Origin: Bacteroidales bacterium M5
GTDB taxonomy: Bacteria > Bacteroidota > Bacteroidia > Bacteroidales > Muribaculaceae
Assembly: GCA_001689535.1 (NCBI GenBank)
Contig: LUJP01000071.1
Span: 3,183 to 67,182, forward strand
DNA length: 64,000 nucleotides
Direction: 5' to 3'
Shown here: positions 27,520-37,562 of the stretch, piece by piece
Layout: every line of letters begins with the position of its first letter
How positions within the stretch are numbered: the first letter of the stretch is position 1
The notes under the pieces: generated by a model
What the model was told of the DNA's origin: nothing
What the model saw: the letters and a program-made list of their open reading frames with translations, nothing else
Databases searched by the model: none
Position numbers and translations under genes: made by a program

Positions 27520-28875
27520 ATGGACTCAACCCGGCAGCCGGCTGCCCGCAAGACCTCTCCCCTGGCATGGGTGCCCTCGGTGTACTTCGCCATGGGCCTG
27601 CCTTTCGTGGCCCTCAATCTTGTGGCCGTAATCATGTTCAACAACCTCGGCGTGGACAAGGCCCAGATTGCATTCTGGACCTCACTGCTCACCCTGCCCT
27701 ACACGCTGAAATTCCTCTGGAGCCCGCTGCTGGAGATATACTGGACCAAAAAGAACTTCGTGGTGGCAACGCAGGCCATCTCGGGCTTCTGCTTCGCCCT
27801 GATAGCGTTCCTGCTGCCGCTGCCCGACTTCTTCAACTACACCATAGCCGTGATGGCCGTGATAGCCCTCTCGGGCGCCACCCACGACATAGCCACCGAC
27901 GGCATCTACCTCACCGCCCTCGACAAGAAGACACAGTCAACCTATATAGGCTGGCAGGGAGCCTTCTACAACCTCGCCAAAGTGCTCGCCAACGGCGGAC
28001 TGGTGTGGCTGGCCGGCGTGCTGATGACCCACTACAAGGCCACCAACCCCGAGCGCGCCCCCTTCTATGCCTGGATGATAATCATGGGCATACTCGGCGC
28101 CCTACTCATCTGCGTGGCCGTGTACCACTACTTCGTGCTCCCCACCGGCTCCCGCGCATCCGACGCGCCCAAAGGCACCTCCGAAGCCATGAAGTCGATG
28201 GTGAGAGTGCTCACCGACTTCTTCCGCAAACGCTTCATCTGGTATTACATCCTCTTCATCGTGTGCTACCGCCTCACCGAAGGCTTCGCCATGAAGATGG
28301 TGCCCATATTCCTGCAGGCCCCGCTGGCCGAGGGAGGTCTGGCGCTCAGCAACGAGGAAATGGGAACGATCTACGGCGTGTTCGGCACCGTGGCCTTCAT
28401 AATCGGCTCGATACTCGGCGGCTACTACATAGCCCGCTTCGGCCTGAAGAAGGTGCTGTTCTCGCTCGTGTGCATATTCAATATCCCCTTCGTGATCTAC
28501 TTCCTCTTCTCCCTGTTCATTCCCCAGAACCTGTGGGTGATAGGCACCGGACTGGTGGCTGAATACTTCTGCTACGGATTCGGCTTCGTGGGCCTCACGC
28601 TCTTCATGATGCAGCAGGTGGCTCCCGGCAAGCACTCCATGGCCCACTACGCATTCGCCTCGGCCATAATGAACCTCGGCGTGATGCTGCCCGGCATGAT
28701 AAGCGGCTGGATATGCGAGCGCACCGGCTACGAGCTCTTCTTCATCATAGCACTGGTGATGGCCGTGCCCGCCTTCCTGCTCACATGGTTCGTGCCCTTC
28801 ACCCACCCCGACAAAACCGAGGCCCACGAGGCCGTGAAATCGGCCGTGGAAGGCGAGGAAGACTCACAGTTCTGA
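27520..28875 (+). CDS. AmpG-like MFS transporter
   Basis: YFAMGLP, KFLWSPL, ATHDIATDGIY, about 12 TM helices; adjacent to GH130. Confidence 0.88.
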   Translation: MDSTRQPAARKTSPLAWVPSVYFAMGLPFVALNLVAVIMFNNLGVDKAQIAFWTSLLTLPYTLKFLWSPLLEIYWTKKNFVVATQAISGFCFALIAFLLPLPDFFNYTIAVMAVIALSGATHDIATDGIYLTALDKKTQSTYIGWQGAFYNLAKVLANGGLVWLAGVLMTHYKATNPERAPFYAWMIIMGILGALLICVAVYHYFVLPTGSRASDAPKGTSEAMKSMVRVLTDFFRKRFIWYYILFIVCYRLTEGFAMKMVPIFLQAPLAEGGLALSNEEMGTIYGVFGTVAFIIGSILGGYYIARFGLKKVLFSLVCIFNIPFVIYFLFSLFIPQNLWVIGTGLVAEYFCYGFGFVGLTLFMMQQVAPGKHSMAHYAFASAIMNLGVMLPGMISGWICERTGYELFFIIALVMAVPAFLLTWFVPFTHPDKTEAHEAVKSAVEGEEDSQF

Positions 28876-28961
28876 ACTCCATAAGAGACTTTGGCATGAT
28901 GCTTCAAAAGATTGCAACAGTCTTCTACTATAATAAACAATAACACCCTTTTTCACAACAC

Positions 28962-29969
28962 ATGAAACAGATAGAAATCATCGGACAGCCGCTTCCCGAA
29001 ATACCCTGGCAGGACCGCCCCGAGGGTTGCAAGGAAGTTATGTGGCGCTACTCGGAGAACCCCGTGATTCCCCGCGACGCCCTGTCGACATCCAACAGTA
29101 TATTCAACTCGGCCGTAGTGCCTTTCAAGAAAGGAAAATACAACTTCGCCGGAGTGTTCCGCTGCGACGACACCAACCGCCGCATGCGCATCCATGCCGG
29201 ATTCTCCGTCGACGGCTTCAAATGGGACATCAACGAAGAAGACATCTGCCTTGAAGGCGCCGACCCTGAAGTGGCAGAATGGGTCTACGGCTACGATCCC
29301 CGCGTGGCCAAAATCGGCGACCGCTTCATCGTCACCTGGTGCAACGGCTACCATGGCCCCACAATCGGCATAGCATGGACCACCGACTTCGAAACGTTCC
29401 ATCAGCTTGAGAACGCCTTCCTGCCCTACAACCGCAACGGCGTGATGTTCCCCCGCAAGATCAACGGCAACTACGCCATGCTCTCGCGCCCCAGCGACAC
29501 CGGCCACACCGCCTTCGGCGACATATTCTACAGCGAGTCGCCCGACCTCGAGTTCTGGGGACGCCACCGCCACGTGATGGCTCCCGCGCCCTTCGAGCTC
29601 TCCGCATGGCAGTGCATGAAAATAGGCGCCGGCCCCATACCCATCGAGACCTCCGAAGGCTGGCTGCTGCTCTACCACGGCGTGCTCCGCTCCTGCAACG
29701 GCTACGTCTACGCCTTCGGCTCGGCCCTGCTCGACCTCGAGCAGCCCTGGAAGGTGCTTGCCCGCAGCGGCCCCTATCTGATTTCGCCCCGCGAAATCTA
29801 CGAGCTCACCGGCGACGTGCCCAACGTCACCTTCCCATGCGCCGCCCTCCACGACCCCGAGACAGGCCGTCTGGCCGTGTACTACGGCTGCGCCGACACC
29901 GTGACCGGCCTCGCCTTCGCCTACATCCCCGAACTCGTCGAGTGGACCAAAAAGAACTCCATAGTTTAA
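28962..29969 (+). CDS. GH130 beta-mannoside phosphorylase
   Basis: [45 protein letters not shown]. Confidence 0.93.
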   Translation: MKQIEIIGQPLPEIPWQDRPEGCKEVMWRYSENPVIPRDALSTSNSIFNSAVVPFKKGKYNFAGVFRCDDTNRRMRIHAGFSVDGFKWDINEEDICLEGADPEVAEWVYGYDPRVAKIGDRFIVTWCNGYHGPTIGIAWTTDFETFHQLENAFLPYNRNGVMFPRKINGNYAMLSRPSDTGHTAFGDIFYSESPDLEFWGRHRHVMAPAPFELSAWQCMKIGAGPIPIETSEGWLLLYHGVLRSCNGYVYAFGSALLDLEQPWKVLARSGPYLISPREIYELTGDVPNVTFPCAALHDPETGRLAVYYGCADTVTGLAFAYIPELVEWTKKNSIV

Positions 29970-30156
29970 TCCCCTCCCGACCATAAAAACCTCAGCGCCG
30001 CAGCCCCGGGCCTCCCGCCCCGCTGCGGCGCTTCCTGTATCCTTGTGAAAATAAAAATTCTGCGGCCTTCTGCTGTTCCCGCGCCGTTCTGCGTGCCTTG
30101 TCAAAGGGAGGGATACGCAGAGCGCAGGCGGAAGCAGTTTTTGTCGGGGATTTTAT

Positions 30157-30164
30157 TACCTTTG
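30157..30164 (+). promoter_or_regulatory. Bacteroidetes -7 promoter element upstream of the TPR regulator
   Basis: TACCTTTG about 30 nt before ATG 30194. Confidence 0.5.
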
Positions 30165-30193
30165 TGTAGAATTCGAGCCCTTATAGCATCCCC

Positions 30194-31834
30194 ATGAAAC
30201 TGAAACCGTCATTATTCCCCGCCATACTCCTAATCGCCCTTCTTACCATTCAGCTGCTCCCGGGCTGCGCGCCCTCGCCCGAGCGCTCCCGCCTCGAACA
30301 CATCGAGGCAATAATCGACGAGCACCCCGACTCGGCAATGGCCCTCCTCGACAGCGTGGACACCGCCGCCCTCCGCTCCGACCGCGACCGGGCTTTATAT
30401 GATTTGCTCTATAATCTCGCTCTTTATAAATCATTTAACGACAGCTTGGATGAACATGCCTTGAACCGCGCAGTCGATGTCTTTACTGACTGCGGCGAGA
30501 CGAGCCATGCTATACGTTCTAATTATCTGTTAGGCAATATGTATCGTCTATCAGATAAGATTATACCTGCGGTTGTGACACTCTCGCGGGGATTGGAGCT
30601 GGCATCCCAATCGGGTGATAGGTTTAACGAGGGACTATGTGCTTTATCCCTTTATGAACTATATGGAAAAGCCTTTGATTCCAAACGCCAAATAAAATAT
30701 TCACGTCAGGCTACAGAGGCGTTTCGGGAAGCAGGCAAAACAGACTGGGAACTATACGCACTTCTTTATCTTTCATCAGGTTTTATTAATACGGAACAGT
30801 ATGATTCTGCATTGATAGTATCTGCAGACATACTCAATAATAAATCTGTTTATTCCGATTCATCTATTGTGGCAATGGCTTCTGATGTAATGGCAATGAG
30901 CGCCTCCAAAACCGGAAATATACCTCTTGCGGTCAAAAGCTACGCCAATGCCATAAGATACGATAAGGGAGCTTTATCGAACGGAATCTTCAACATTATG
31001 TCACTTCTTGAATTTAAGAATATCTCTAACGCTAATTCCGAAGATGTCAATATCCTTAGAGAATATGTTTCTACGGATACTTCTGCCATTCCTTTTCATG
31101 TCCATGCAAAATACGGAAAGTTCCAGAAAGCTTATGAGGAACTCAATCGCTACAGATTAGAACAGGATGAATTTATTCAGAAAATGTTTTGTAGAACAGT
31201 CGATTACGCTATTGACAATTATAGGATACAGCAGACAGAAATGCTTGAAAGCAAAGTGAATGAATTATATAAGAAGCGTGTGTATTTCGGAGTAATAACA
31301 GTTATGGCAGGCGTTATCCTCCTTTTGTGGATACGATATAGAATGAAAAAGCATCAATACGAATACCAAAGAACCCTGCTTGAAGTCAGGTTACTTACAA
31401 AGGCCCTTGAGGAAAGTACGAATAAAAGCAAGCAGCTTTCGGAAAACATTAGAGCTATTACTGCCTCTAAGGCTTCCCTAATTGATCGTTTGTGTTCCTC
31501 ATATTATAAAGCAAATAATAAAAAAATTGTAAGTGAGGTCAAAAATATTATAGCAGATCTTTCTTCCTCCCCTGAGGCTGTTACAGAAATTGAGAAATAT
31601 CTTAATCAGAACTCCGAAAACATTCTTTCAAGATTCCGCAAAGAATTCCCTGATCTGACGTCAAAAGACTATTTATTATTTACCTATTCGGTTATGAATT
31701 TCTCAACCGCCACCATAGCCATACTCATGAATGAAAAGAAAGAGGCAATATATAACAGAAGATTTCGCCTTAAATCAAGAATCAAAATATCAGATTCCGT
31801 ATCCAAAGAGGAATTTCAATCGTATTTGGAATAA
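30194..31834 (+). CDS. Membrane-anchored TPR sensor / HTH transcriptional regulator
   Basis: Lipoprotein-like N-terminus (LPGC), HPDSA motif, TPR-like helices, one TM, C-terminal FPDLTSKD..FST..IA..IYNRRFRLK HTH. Confidence 0.8.
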   Translation: MKLKPSLFPAILLIALLTIQLLPGCAPSPERSRLEHIEAIIDEHPDSAMALLDSVDTAALRSDRDRALYDLLYNLALYKSFNDSLDEHALNRAVDVFTDCGETSHAIRSNYLLGNMYRLSDKIIPAVVTLSRGLELASQSGDRFNEGLCALSLYELYGKAFDSKRQIKYSRQATEAFREAGKTDWELYALLYLSSGFINTEQYDSALIVSADILNNKSVYSDSSIVAMASDVMAMSASKTGNIPLAVKSYANAIRYDKGALSNGIFNIMSLLEFKNISNANSEDVNILREYVSTDTSAIPFHVHAKYGKFQKAYEELNRYRLEQDEFIQKMFCRTVDYAIDNYRIQQTEMLESKVNELYKKRVYFGVITVMAGVILLLWIRYRMKKHQYEYQRTLLEVRLLTKALEESTNKSKQLSENIRAITASKASLIDRLCSSYYKANNKKIVSEVKNIIADLSSSPEAVTEIEKYLNQNSENILSRFRKEFPDLTSKDYLLFTYSVMNFSTATIAILMNEKKEAIYNRRFRLKSRIKISDSVSKEEFQSYLE

Positions 31835-32100
31835 TCTTATGCTTAAAGCAGTGTTTTGATAATTTTTTTCCAAGTTAGCCGATATAATTTTTCTTTAATA
31901 CGAACCTATTGTCAGTCAATACTATACGCGCGCCAAGAAAAGAAATGAAAAGGCGATGAAAAATATACGAGCGGCTATGCAGGTATAAGACCTTAAATAA
32001 CACCTATTTACGAAGTGATATGAGAAATGACAATTCATTGTGAGATTAGAGAATAACCAAAAAGACGTTGTATTTTTGGCAAACTCTAAACTTACATGCC

Positions 32101-32460
32101 ATGAATAAAAACGTAAAAAAGTCTCTGATTATATTACTCGCTTCCGCAGCCTCTCTTTTGTCTTTTGCTGAGAATCCGGACAGTAACTCATGTACACTTA
32201 AAGAAAAGAAGAATTATTCTGACAAAAAACGAATTCCTTCCATAAGATTCATTCAATGTGAGGCCATAAATGAAATGTTGTTGTTTGACACCAATTTCGA
32301 TTATGTGTATATGGAAGTGGAGATTTCCGGGCCGGAATCACTTTCTGATATGCTCACTCCGCTACAACCGTACATAGAAGCACCCACTCTTACAGGCACA
32401 TATACCATCCGCTGCACTACCGATGGCGGAGCTGTATATGAGGGAACAATCACGCTTTAA
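32101..32460 (+). CDS. Small secreted Ig-like protein (DUF3244-like)
   Basis: Signal peptide, basic KKRIPS segment, beta-rich domain ending GTYTIRCTTDGGAVYEGTITL. Confidence 0.65.
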   Translation: MNKNVKKSLIILLASAASLLSFAENPDSNSCTLKEKKNYSDKKRIPSIRFIQCEAINEMLLFDTNFDYVYMEVEISGPESLSDMLTPLQPYIEAPTLTGTYTIRCTTDGGAVYEGTITL

Positions 32461-32479
32461 CCTTACAGACATATAAATC

Positions 32480-32513
32480 GGATTGCCTGCGGTTATTTTC
32501 CCGCAGGTAATCC
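32480..32513 (+). promoter_or_regulatory. Intergenic stem-loop (stabiliser or attenuator)
   Basis: ggattgcctgcgg...ccgcaggtaatcc, a 13-bp stem with one G-U pair. Confidence 0.55.
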
Positions 32514-32553
32514 ACTTAACATTTTTATTTACAATTTAAACCTTTCAACTACC

Positions 32554-34308
32554 ATGAAGAAACTATTTTTCTTAATTGGCATCGCCGCTACATTTGCGGC
32601 AGTATCCACCCTTACAGGATGTACAGACGAAATCGTTCAACCACAGACCAAATCATCCGGCGGCGAACTGCTTTCGCGCGGAGTCTATGACTATCCTGCC
32701 GTAGAATGGGACAATGTCGACGGAATCGCTGTGACATGCCAAGCCGTGCCCAACCAAAAATCACTCCCTATCCCCTGGGAAGGAGGCGGAAGCAGACTGG
32801 GGGTCCCTACTTCGTGGACTGATGACAATCTGAGGGCCACAGATCCAAAATCACGTGCCTATTCCCGCGAAAACGGCTGGCAAATGGTTTTTCATAATCT
32901 TTCGGACTCAAAGGAACATAGGAAGTTTTTCGGACTCTATAACAAATTCACCGGAGTGCTACGGTTATTTTTTTATGAAATGACCGCCGGCACTTCACTC
33001 GGGTCATCCACGGCATTTTCCGGCATGACAATTTCGGGAAGCACTTCTCTGCTCAATTTCATCGGGCCTTACGGACTGCCTATCAGTGTCGCTAAAAGCA
33101 ACCCTCTTATGGTGTCAAGTCCTGAAAGCACCATTTCCTCAACGGGAACGTCAAGTAATATTGGTTATGCACCGAACAACTGGTATGGAATGGAAATTGA
33201 AATGGCCTATGACCCCAATGTGACATCAACAAATAGAATATGCACCAGACTCTGGGGACAGAATGAGTATTCAATAAATTTATCCGGAAGTGCAAACGGC
33301 TCCATAACAGGAAGCATGCAAACGGTATATTCCAATATCCCGAATCTTAACAGCTTTACCCTGAGCATTGATGCCTCGAACAATCAGAGCACCACAATAA
33401 ACACCAATGACACCAACGCGAATACCGTATTGAAGAACAAAGGCGGCAATTTCATAAACAAGTTGTGGAATAATATAAAATCCGGGATTCCGGATCTTGC
33501 ATCAAAGGGACTGTCGGCAGGATTTGACGCTCTGTTCAAAGGGGGAACCTCACTCATAACAAAAGGTCTGTCGAAAATATTAGGCGGGATTTCAGGTAGA
33601 AAGACATCATCACCAATGACATCGACAAGCAAAATCGACCTTGGTCTGACATCGACCGTGACAATGAACGGAACCGCGACCGCCAATGTGGTGGGATTCG
33701 GCATGATAGGAGATTTCGCTCTGCCACAATACAACAACAGCACCACCCTCTACACCGGCAAACTCGGCGTATGGAACCTGCAGGATTATCCGAATGTGAC
33801 TGTAGACCTTCTTATGACCTCAATGTATTACCCGAAGGAACTCGTGCCTAACCCCACAAGACCCGTGGCATGCTATCCTACATACAGCTATACACTTTCA
33901 GGCGCCACCGTGGTAGTGAATCCGGAACTGCTCACCGGCTATAAAATCGAGAATCAGTCGCAGCAGCTGGTATACACTGCAAATGCGGGAATCGGCCTCG
34001 GTACCACAGCATCGGGAAGCGAATACGGTCTCTGCGGAACCACAGAATACTACCGTCCCGGCGGAGCTTTGAAAGTTACCGGTGAGATTATGGATGTTTT
34101 CGGCGGAAATTTCAATCCTCAGACATCTTATGCCAGATACTGGAACGGCTACGACAAACCCGTGGCAGGACAAGGCGTAATGTGTCATGTGTATTTTGAG
34201 CTTGTCTCCAAGACTGATTCAAATGAGCGATATGCATATTCCAAGTATTTCCCCTGCAAGGCTGTGAAAGGAACATTCAGCCACCGCGAGGAAACCATCA
34301 CCCAGTAA
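32554..34308 (+). CDS. Uncharacterised lipoprotein with a central amphipathic Gly-rich segment
   Basis: Lipobox LTGC, SRG motif, 584-aa ORF, amphipathic NFINKLWNNIKSG...LSKILGG. Confidence 0.75.
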   Translation: MKKLFFLIGIAATFAAVSTLTGCTDEIVQPQTKSSGGELLSRGVYDYPAVEWDNVDGIAVTCQAVPNQKSLPIPWEGGGSRLGVPTSWTDDNLRATDPKSRAYSRENGWQMVFHNLSDSKEHRKFFGLYNKFTGVLRLFFYEMTAGTSLGSSTAFSGMTISGSTSLLNFIGPYGLPISVAKSNPLMVSSPESTISSTGTSSNIGYAPNNWYGMEIEMAYDPNVTSTNRICTRLWGQNEYSINLSGSANGSITGSMQTVYSNIPNLNSFTLSIDASNNQSTTINTNDTNANTVLKNKGGNFINKLWNNIKSGIPDLASKGLSAGFDALFKGGTSLITKGLSKILGGISGRKTSSPMTSTSKIDLGLTSTVTMNGTATANVVGFGMIGDFALPQYNNSTTLYTGKLGVWNLQDYPNVTVDLLMTSMYYPKELVPNPTRPVACYPTYSYTLSGATVVVNPELLTGYKIENQSQQLVYTANAGIGLGTTASGSEYGLCGTTEYYRPGGALKVTGEIMDVFGGNFNPQTSYARYWNGYDKPVAGQGVMCHVYFELVSKTDSNERYAYSKYFPCKAVKGTFSHREETITQ

Positions 34309-34729
34309 TAACAGCAAGACCGGTAACTGTGGAAGATTTGTCGGCATATATATGTACGGGAACTGCTCTGATACCGGATCGGAGCCTCGGAGAGCGCGAT
34401 GCCGCAATGCGCGACAGCATGGGCACCCAGGCTCACGCAACAGGCGAGGCGCGCATGCTCCGCAGCTTGCCTCGCACACGGTGGCTGGCATGCCTGTCCG
34501 GCAGCTCACGCAACCTGTTATACAGAAACCGCACCTCCGGTGCTCCCCCACGCCGCGACATCCGATAAAGAAGACTGCACCTCCATTTTGTTAAATAACA
34601 TTAAAAACAAAGACTCCCATGCAGTATTTTCACTGTTTTCCTCTCTTTATAACAGACACCATAACAAACGCCATAAACAAACTAACTAAACACATAAACC
34701 AATTTGTTTCACTACTCAATTTTTCTTCC

Positions 34730-35818
34730 ATGAAAAAGTACATTTTCCCACTGCTCGCCCTTTTGGCGATGCCCTTAGTGTTCACAGCATGCAGTGATGA
34801 TGATGACAATGCCCCTCGCCTTCCGCAACCTATAGAGACGGGCGAGATTCCGGCCAAAAACGTATTTATTTTTGTCGACGGGAAATATATAGCCCATGGT
34901 TCGGGCGAGAAAACACAAATCGAAGGCAAATTCAATCCCGCGACTCTCACACAGAACACGGTTAAATTCAGCTGCTCTTCTCTTTTCCTCACTGATCTTG
35001 GCAGCAACGGTTTATTTACCTCAGTTCCGGTCTTTGATTTGAATTTAAGGAAAGACAACAACGAAATCTTTATGGCCGGAGAATACTCCGACAGTCATTA
35101 TAAATACAATGTGACGGGTGAAATCAAACTCAACGGTCGGGGCGAAAACGAGTGGTTTATCAGAGTGAACCGTCAACTTATTCCCGCCGATACACCAATC
35201 ACCGGCAAAACCTACGAAATCGAATTCAATTCCGACGACATCTATCCGAATATTACCCTGGTCAACGGTACAGAAGACCTGGGCGGGATGTGCACCGACT
35301 TTTTCAGCGGAATGGTAGACGTTCTCAAAGAGAATTCGGGATACTCGGGAGCAAAAATCCATTTCACGGACCAGTGGACCTACGACCTGTGGTTCAAAAA
35401 TTCCGAGACCGGCGAATATGAAAAAGACGAGTCTTCCCACAGATATTTCTGCGGTCTCAACGGCGTAGCGTTTGTCGACGAACCAGCATTCAAGGAAGCG
35501 CAGTCTAAGTTTTTCAATCTGGAAAAAATGGACATCGCCGCGGAAGCATTGAAGTCCAATTTCGCACAGCAGGAGGTATCCGTTGACATGAGCGACCCCT
35601 CAAAAAAGGAATTAGTCACAGTATTTTCGCATCGTATCAATGATGATAATGAGTTTGTGCTGTCCTACAATCAGTACATCCTGTCTTTCCTTTCCAACTG
35701 GCCCACTCCTGATCCGCTGACCACACTTGCGGAAAAGAATTTCGCGTTGATACAGAGCGAGAGCAAGACAGCGATGCTCGTTTATTCGCCTATCGCAGTT
35801 TTCCATCCGGCAGACTGA
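34730..35818 (+). CDS. Uncharacterised lipoprotein
   Basis: MKKYIF...FTACSDDDD lipobox with acidic export signal. Start moved to 34730. Confidence 0.8.
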   Translation: MKKYIFPLLALLAMPLVFTACSDDDDNAPRLPQPIETGEIPAKNVFIFVDGKYIAHGSGEKTQIEGKFNPATLTQNTVKFSCSSLFLTDLGSNGLFTSVPVFDLNLRKDNNEIFMAGEYSDSHYKYNVTGEIKLNGRGENEWFIRVNRQLIPADTPITGKTYEIEFNSDDIYPNITLVNGTEDLGGMCTDFFSGMVDVLKENSGYSGAKIHFTDQWTYDLWFKNSETGEYEKDESSHRYFCGLNGVAFVDEPAFKEAQSKFFNLEKMDIAAEALKSNFAQQEVSVDMSDPSKKELVTVFSHRINDDNEFVLSYNQYILSFLSNWPTPDPLTTLAEKNFALIQSESKTAMLVYSPIAVFHPAD

Positions 35819-35935
35819 CACCGGAATAGTAAAAACGTGTATCATACCCCAACGCCACGCGGGCGGGTGGGCCGGAAGCAGTGAGCCGGGCCATCCGCCC
35901 GCGCCGTTTTTTCCCGAACCAGGGACACATCCCGG

Positions 35936-36796
35936 CTATCGGGCCACCACGCGAGCTATTACGGCGGCGCGGGCGCCGTGGGCGCTGCGACGGATGGCGG
36001 CCAAGGCCGCTTGCTCGAACTGGGGCGACACCACCGTGAGCATGGCGCCGGTTGTGGGAAGGGTGAGGGGGTCGAGGCCGGAGAGGGCACACACTGCGGC
36101 AACGTCGGCCGACGGAGCGGCGGCTTCCGGATCTATCTCCACGCGCCACGGCGTGTCGGCGGTCATGGCGTCGAGTTCGGCCTGCACGCCACCCTCGGGA
36201 TAGGCAATGAGCCGTATGCCGTAGTCCTCGCGCAGCAGGGCGTGCACAAGGTCGTTGAGGGGCGCCGTATCATCCGTCACCTGCAGCTCCTTCAGTCCCT
36301 TTCGGGCGGCAAAAAGCGCAGCGCCGTGCGCACCTGCCGGAGCGGAGAGAATCACGGCGTCGCCGGGGCGAAGGCTGTCACGGTAATAATCCACATCGGG
36401 CGGCATCTGCCCTATGGCAAACACCGATACCTCCACACCGTAGGGCGAGCAGCCGCGGTCAACGAACTCGGTGGAGCATCCCAGCCATTCCGTCTCGGCG
36501 TCGACGGCCGCGCGCTCCATTGCCTCGGCCAGCGCGCGCAGCGCCGCCGAAGGAGTGTCTATGTCGATGGTAAACGTAGCGGAGATATAGCGCGGAGTGG
36601 CACCCGTGGCAAGCAGGCGGTTGGCGCCCACGCTCACGGCGAGTGTGCCGAGGCTGCATCCGCCCGTCACGAGGGGATTGCGCGGAAACACCACCGTGGC
36701 GGTGGCGATAGAGCGGTGCATGTCGGGGTCAACGCTCACCCGCGGACACCGCAGGCTGAAAAGCGGAGGAAGAGCGGTTTTGATTTCAGATGTCAT
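35936..36796 (-). CDS. HypE-like AIR-synthase-related protein, degenerate
   Basis: GTLAV..GAN.L...GATPRYIS, LRPGDAVILS..G.HG, GLDPL, A.VIA.V; no C-terminal PRIC. Confidence 0.7.
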   Translation of the reverse strand: MTSEIKTALPPLFSLRCPRVSVDPDMHRSIATATVVFPRNPLVTGGCSLGTLAVSVGANRLLATGATPRYISATFTIDIDTPSAALRALAEAMERAAVDAETEWLGCSTEFVDRGCSPYGVEVSVFAIGQMPPDVDYYRDSLRPGDAVILSAPAGAHGAALFAARKGLKELQVTDDTAPLNDLVHALLREDYGIRLIAYPEGGVQAELDAMTADTPWRVEIDPEAAAPSADVAAVCALSGLDPLTLPTTGAMLTVVSPQFEQAALAAIRRSAHGARAAVIARVVAR

Positions 36797-36881
36797 GGCT
36801 GAAGGGGCACCGGCCGGAATATGGCCGTGCTATATTTCAACGCCGGACACTGGGTCCGGGTTCACTTGCAGCCTGAAGTAA

Positions 36882-37562
36882 TCACTGGTTTTCAAGCAGG
36901 TCGGGGCGCAGACGGCGCGTTCGCTCCAGAGCCTGCTCGTAGCGCCATTCGGCTATACGCGCCTCGTGGCCCGACAGCAGAATATCGGGCACGCGCCACC
37001 CCTTGTATTCGGCCGGACGGCTGTAGACGGGCGGAGCCAGCAGATTGTCCTGAAACGAGTCGCTGAGGGCGCTCTGCTCGTCGCCTATAGCGCCAGGAAG
37101 CAGGCGCACGATAGCGTCGGTGATGCACGCCGCCGGAAGCTCTCCGCCGGTGAGCACATAGTCGCCTATGGAAATCTCGCGCGTAATCAGATGCTCGCGT
37201 ATGCGGTAGTCTATGCCCTTGTAGTGGCCGCAGAGAATTATGATGTTCTGCAGCAGCGAGAGGCTGTTGGCCATGCCCTGGTTGAACGTCTCGCCGTCGG
37301 GCGAGGTGAAAATCACCTCGTCGTAGTCGCGCTCGGCCTTAAGTGCCGAGATAGCGCGGTCAATCGGCTCTATCTGCATCACCATGCCGGCTTCGCCGCC
37401 GAAGGGATAGTCGTCGACCTTTCGGTGCTTGTTGGTGGTATAGTCGCGGAGATTGTGCACGTGAATCTCCACAAGGCCCTTGTCGCGGGCGCGTTTTATT
37501 ATGGAACAGTTCAGGGGCGACTCGAGCATCTCGGGAAGCACCGTAAGCAGGTCAATTCTCAT
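36882..37562 (-). CDS. trmD: tRNA (guanine-N1)-methyltransferase
   Basis: [35 protein letters not shown]. Confidence 0.98.
   Translation of the reverse strand: MRIDLLTVLPEMLESPLNCSIIKRARDKGLVEIHVHNLRDYTTNKHRKVDDYPFGGEAGMVMQIEPIDRAISALKAERDYDEVIFTSPDGETFNQGMANSLSLLQNIIILCGHYKGIDYRIREHLITREISIGDYVLTGGELPAACITDAIVRLLPGAIGDEQSALSDSFQDNLLAPPVYSRPAEYKGWRVPDILLSGHEARIAEWRYEQALERTRRLRPDLLENQ

Noticed and set aside
27456..30104. ORFs 27456..28562 (+), 28102..28827 (-) and 28953..30104 (-)
   Set aside because: Alternative-frame or antisense shadows of the MFS and GH130 genes; one also overlaps the tRNA.
34310..34620. GC-rich intergenic stretch with a repeated gctcacgcaac and several short ORFs
   Set aside because: Only an 11-nt repeat and weak hairpins; not enough to call an RNA or a gene.
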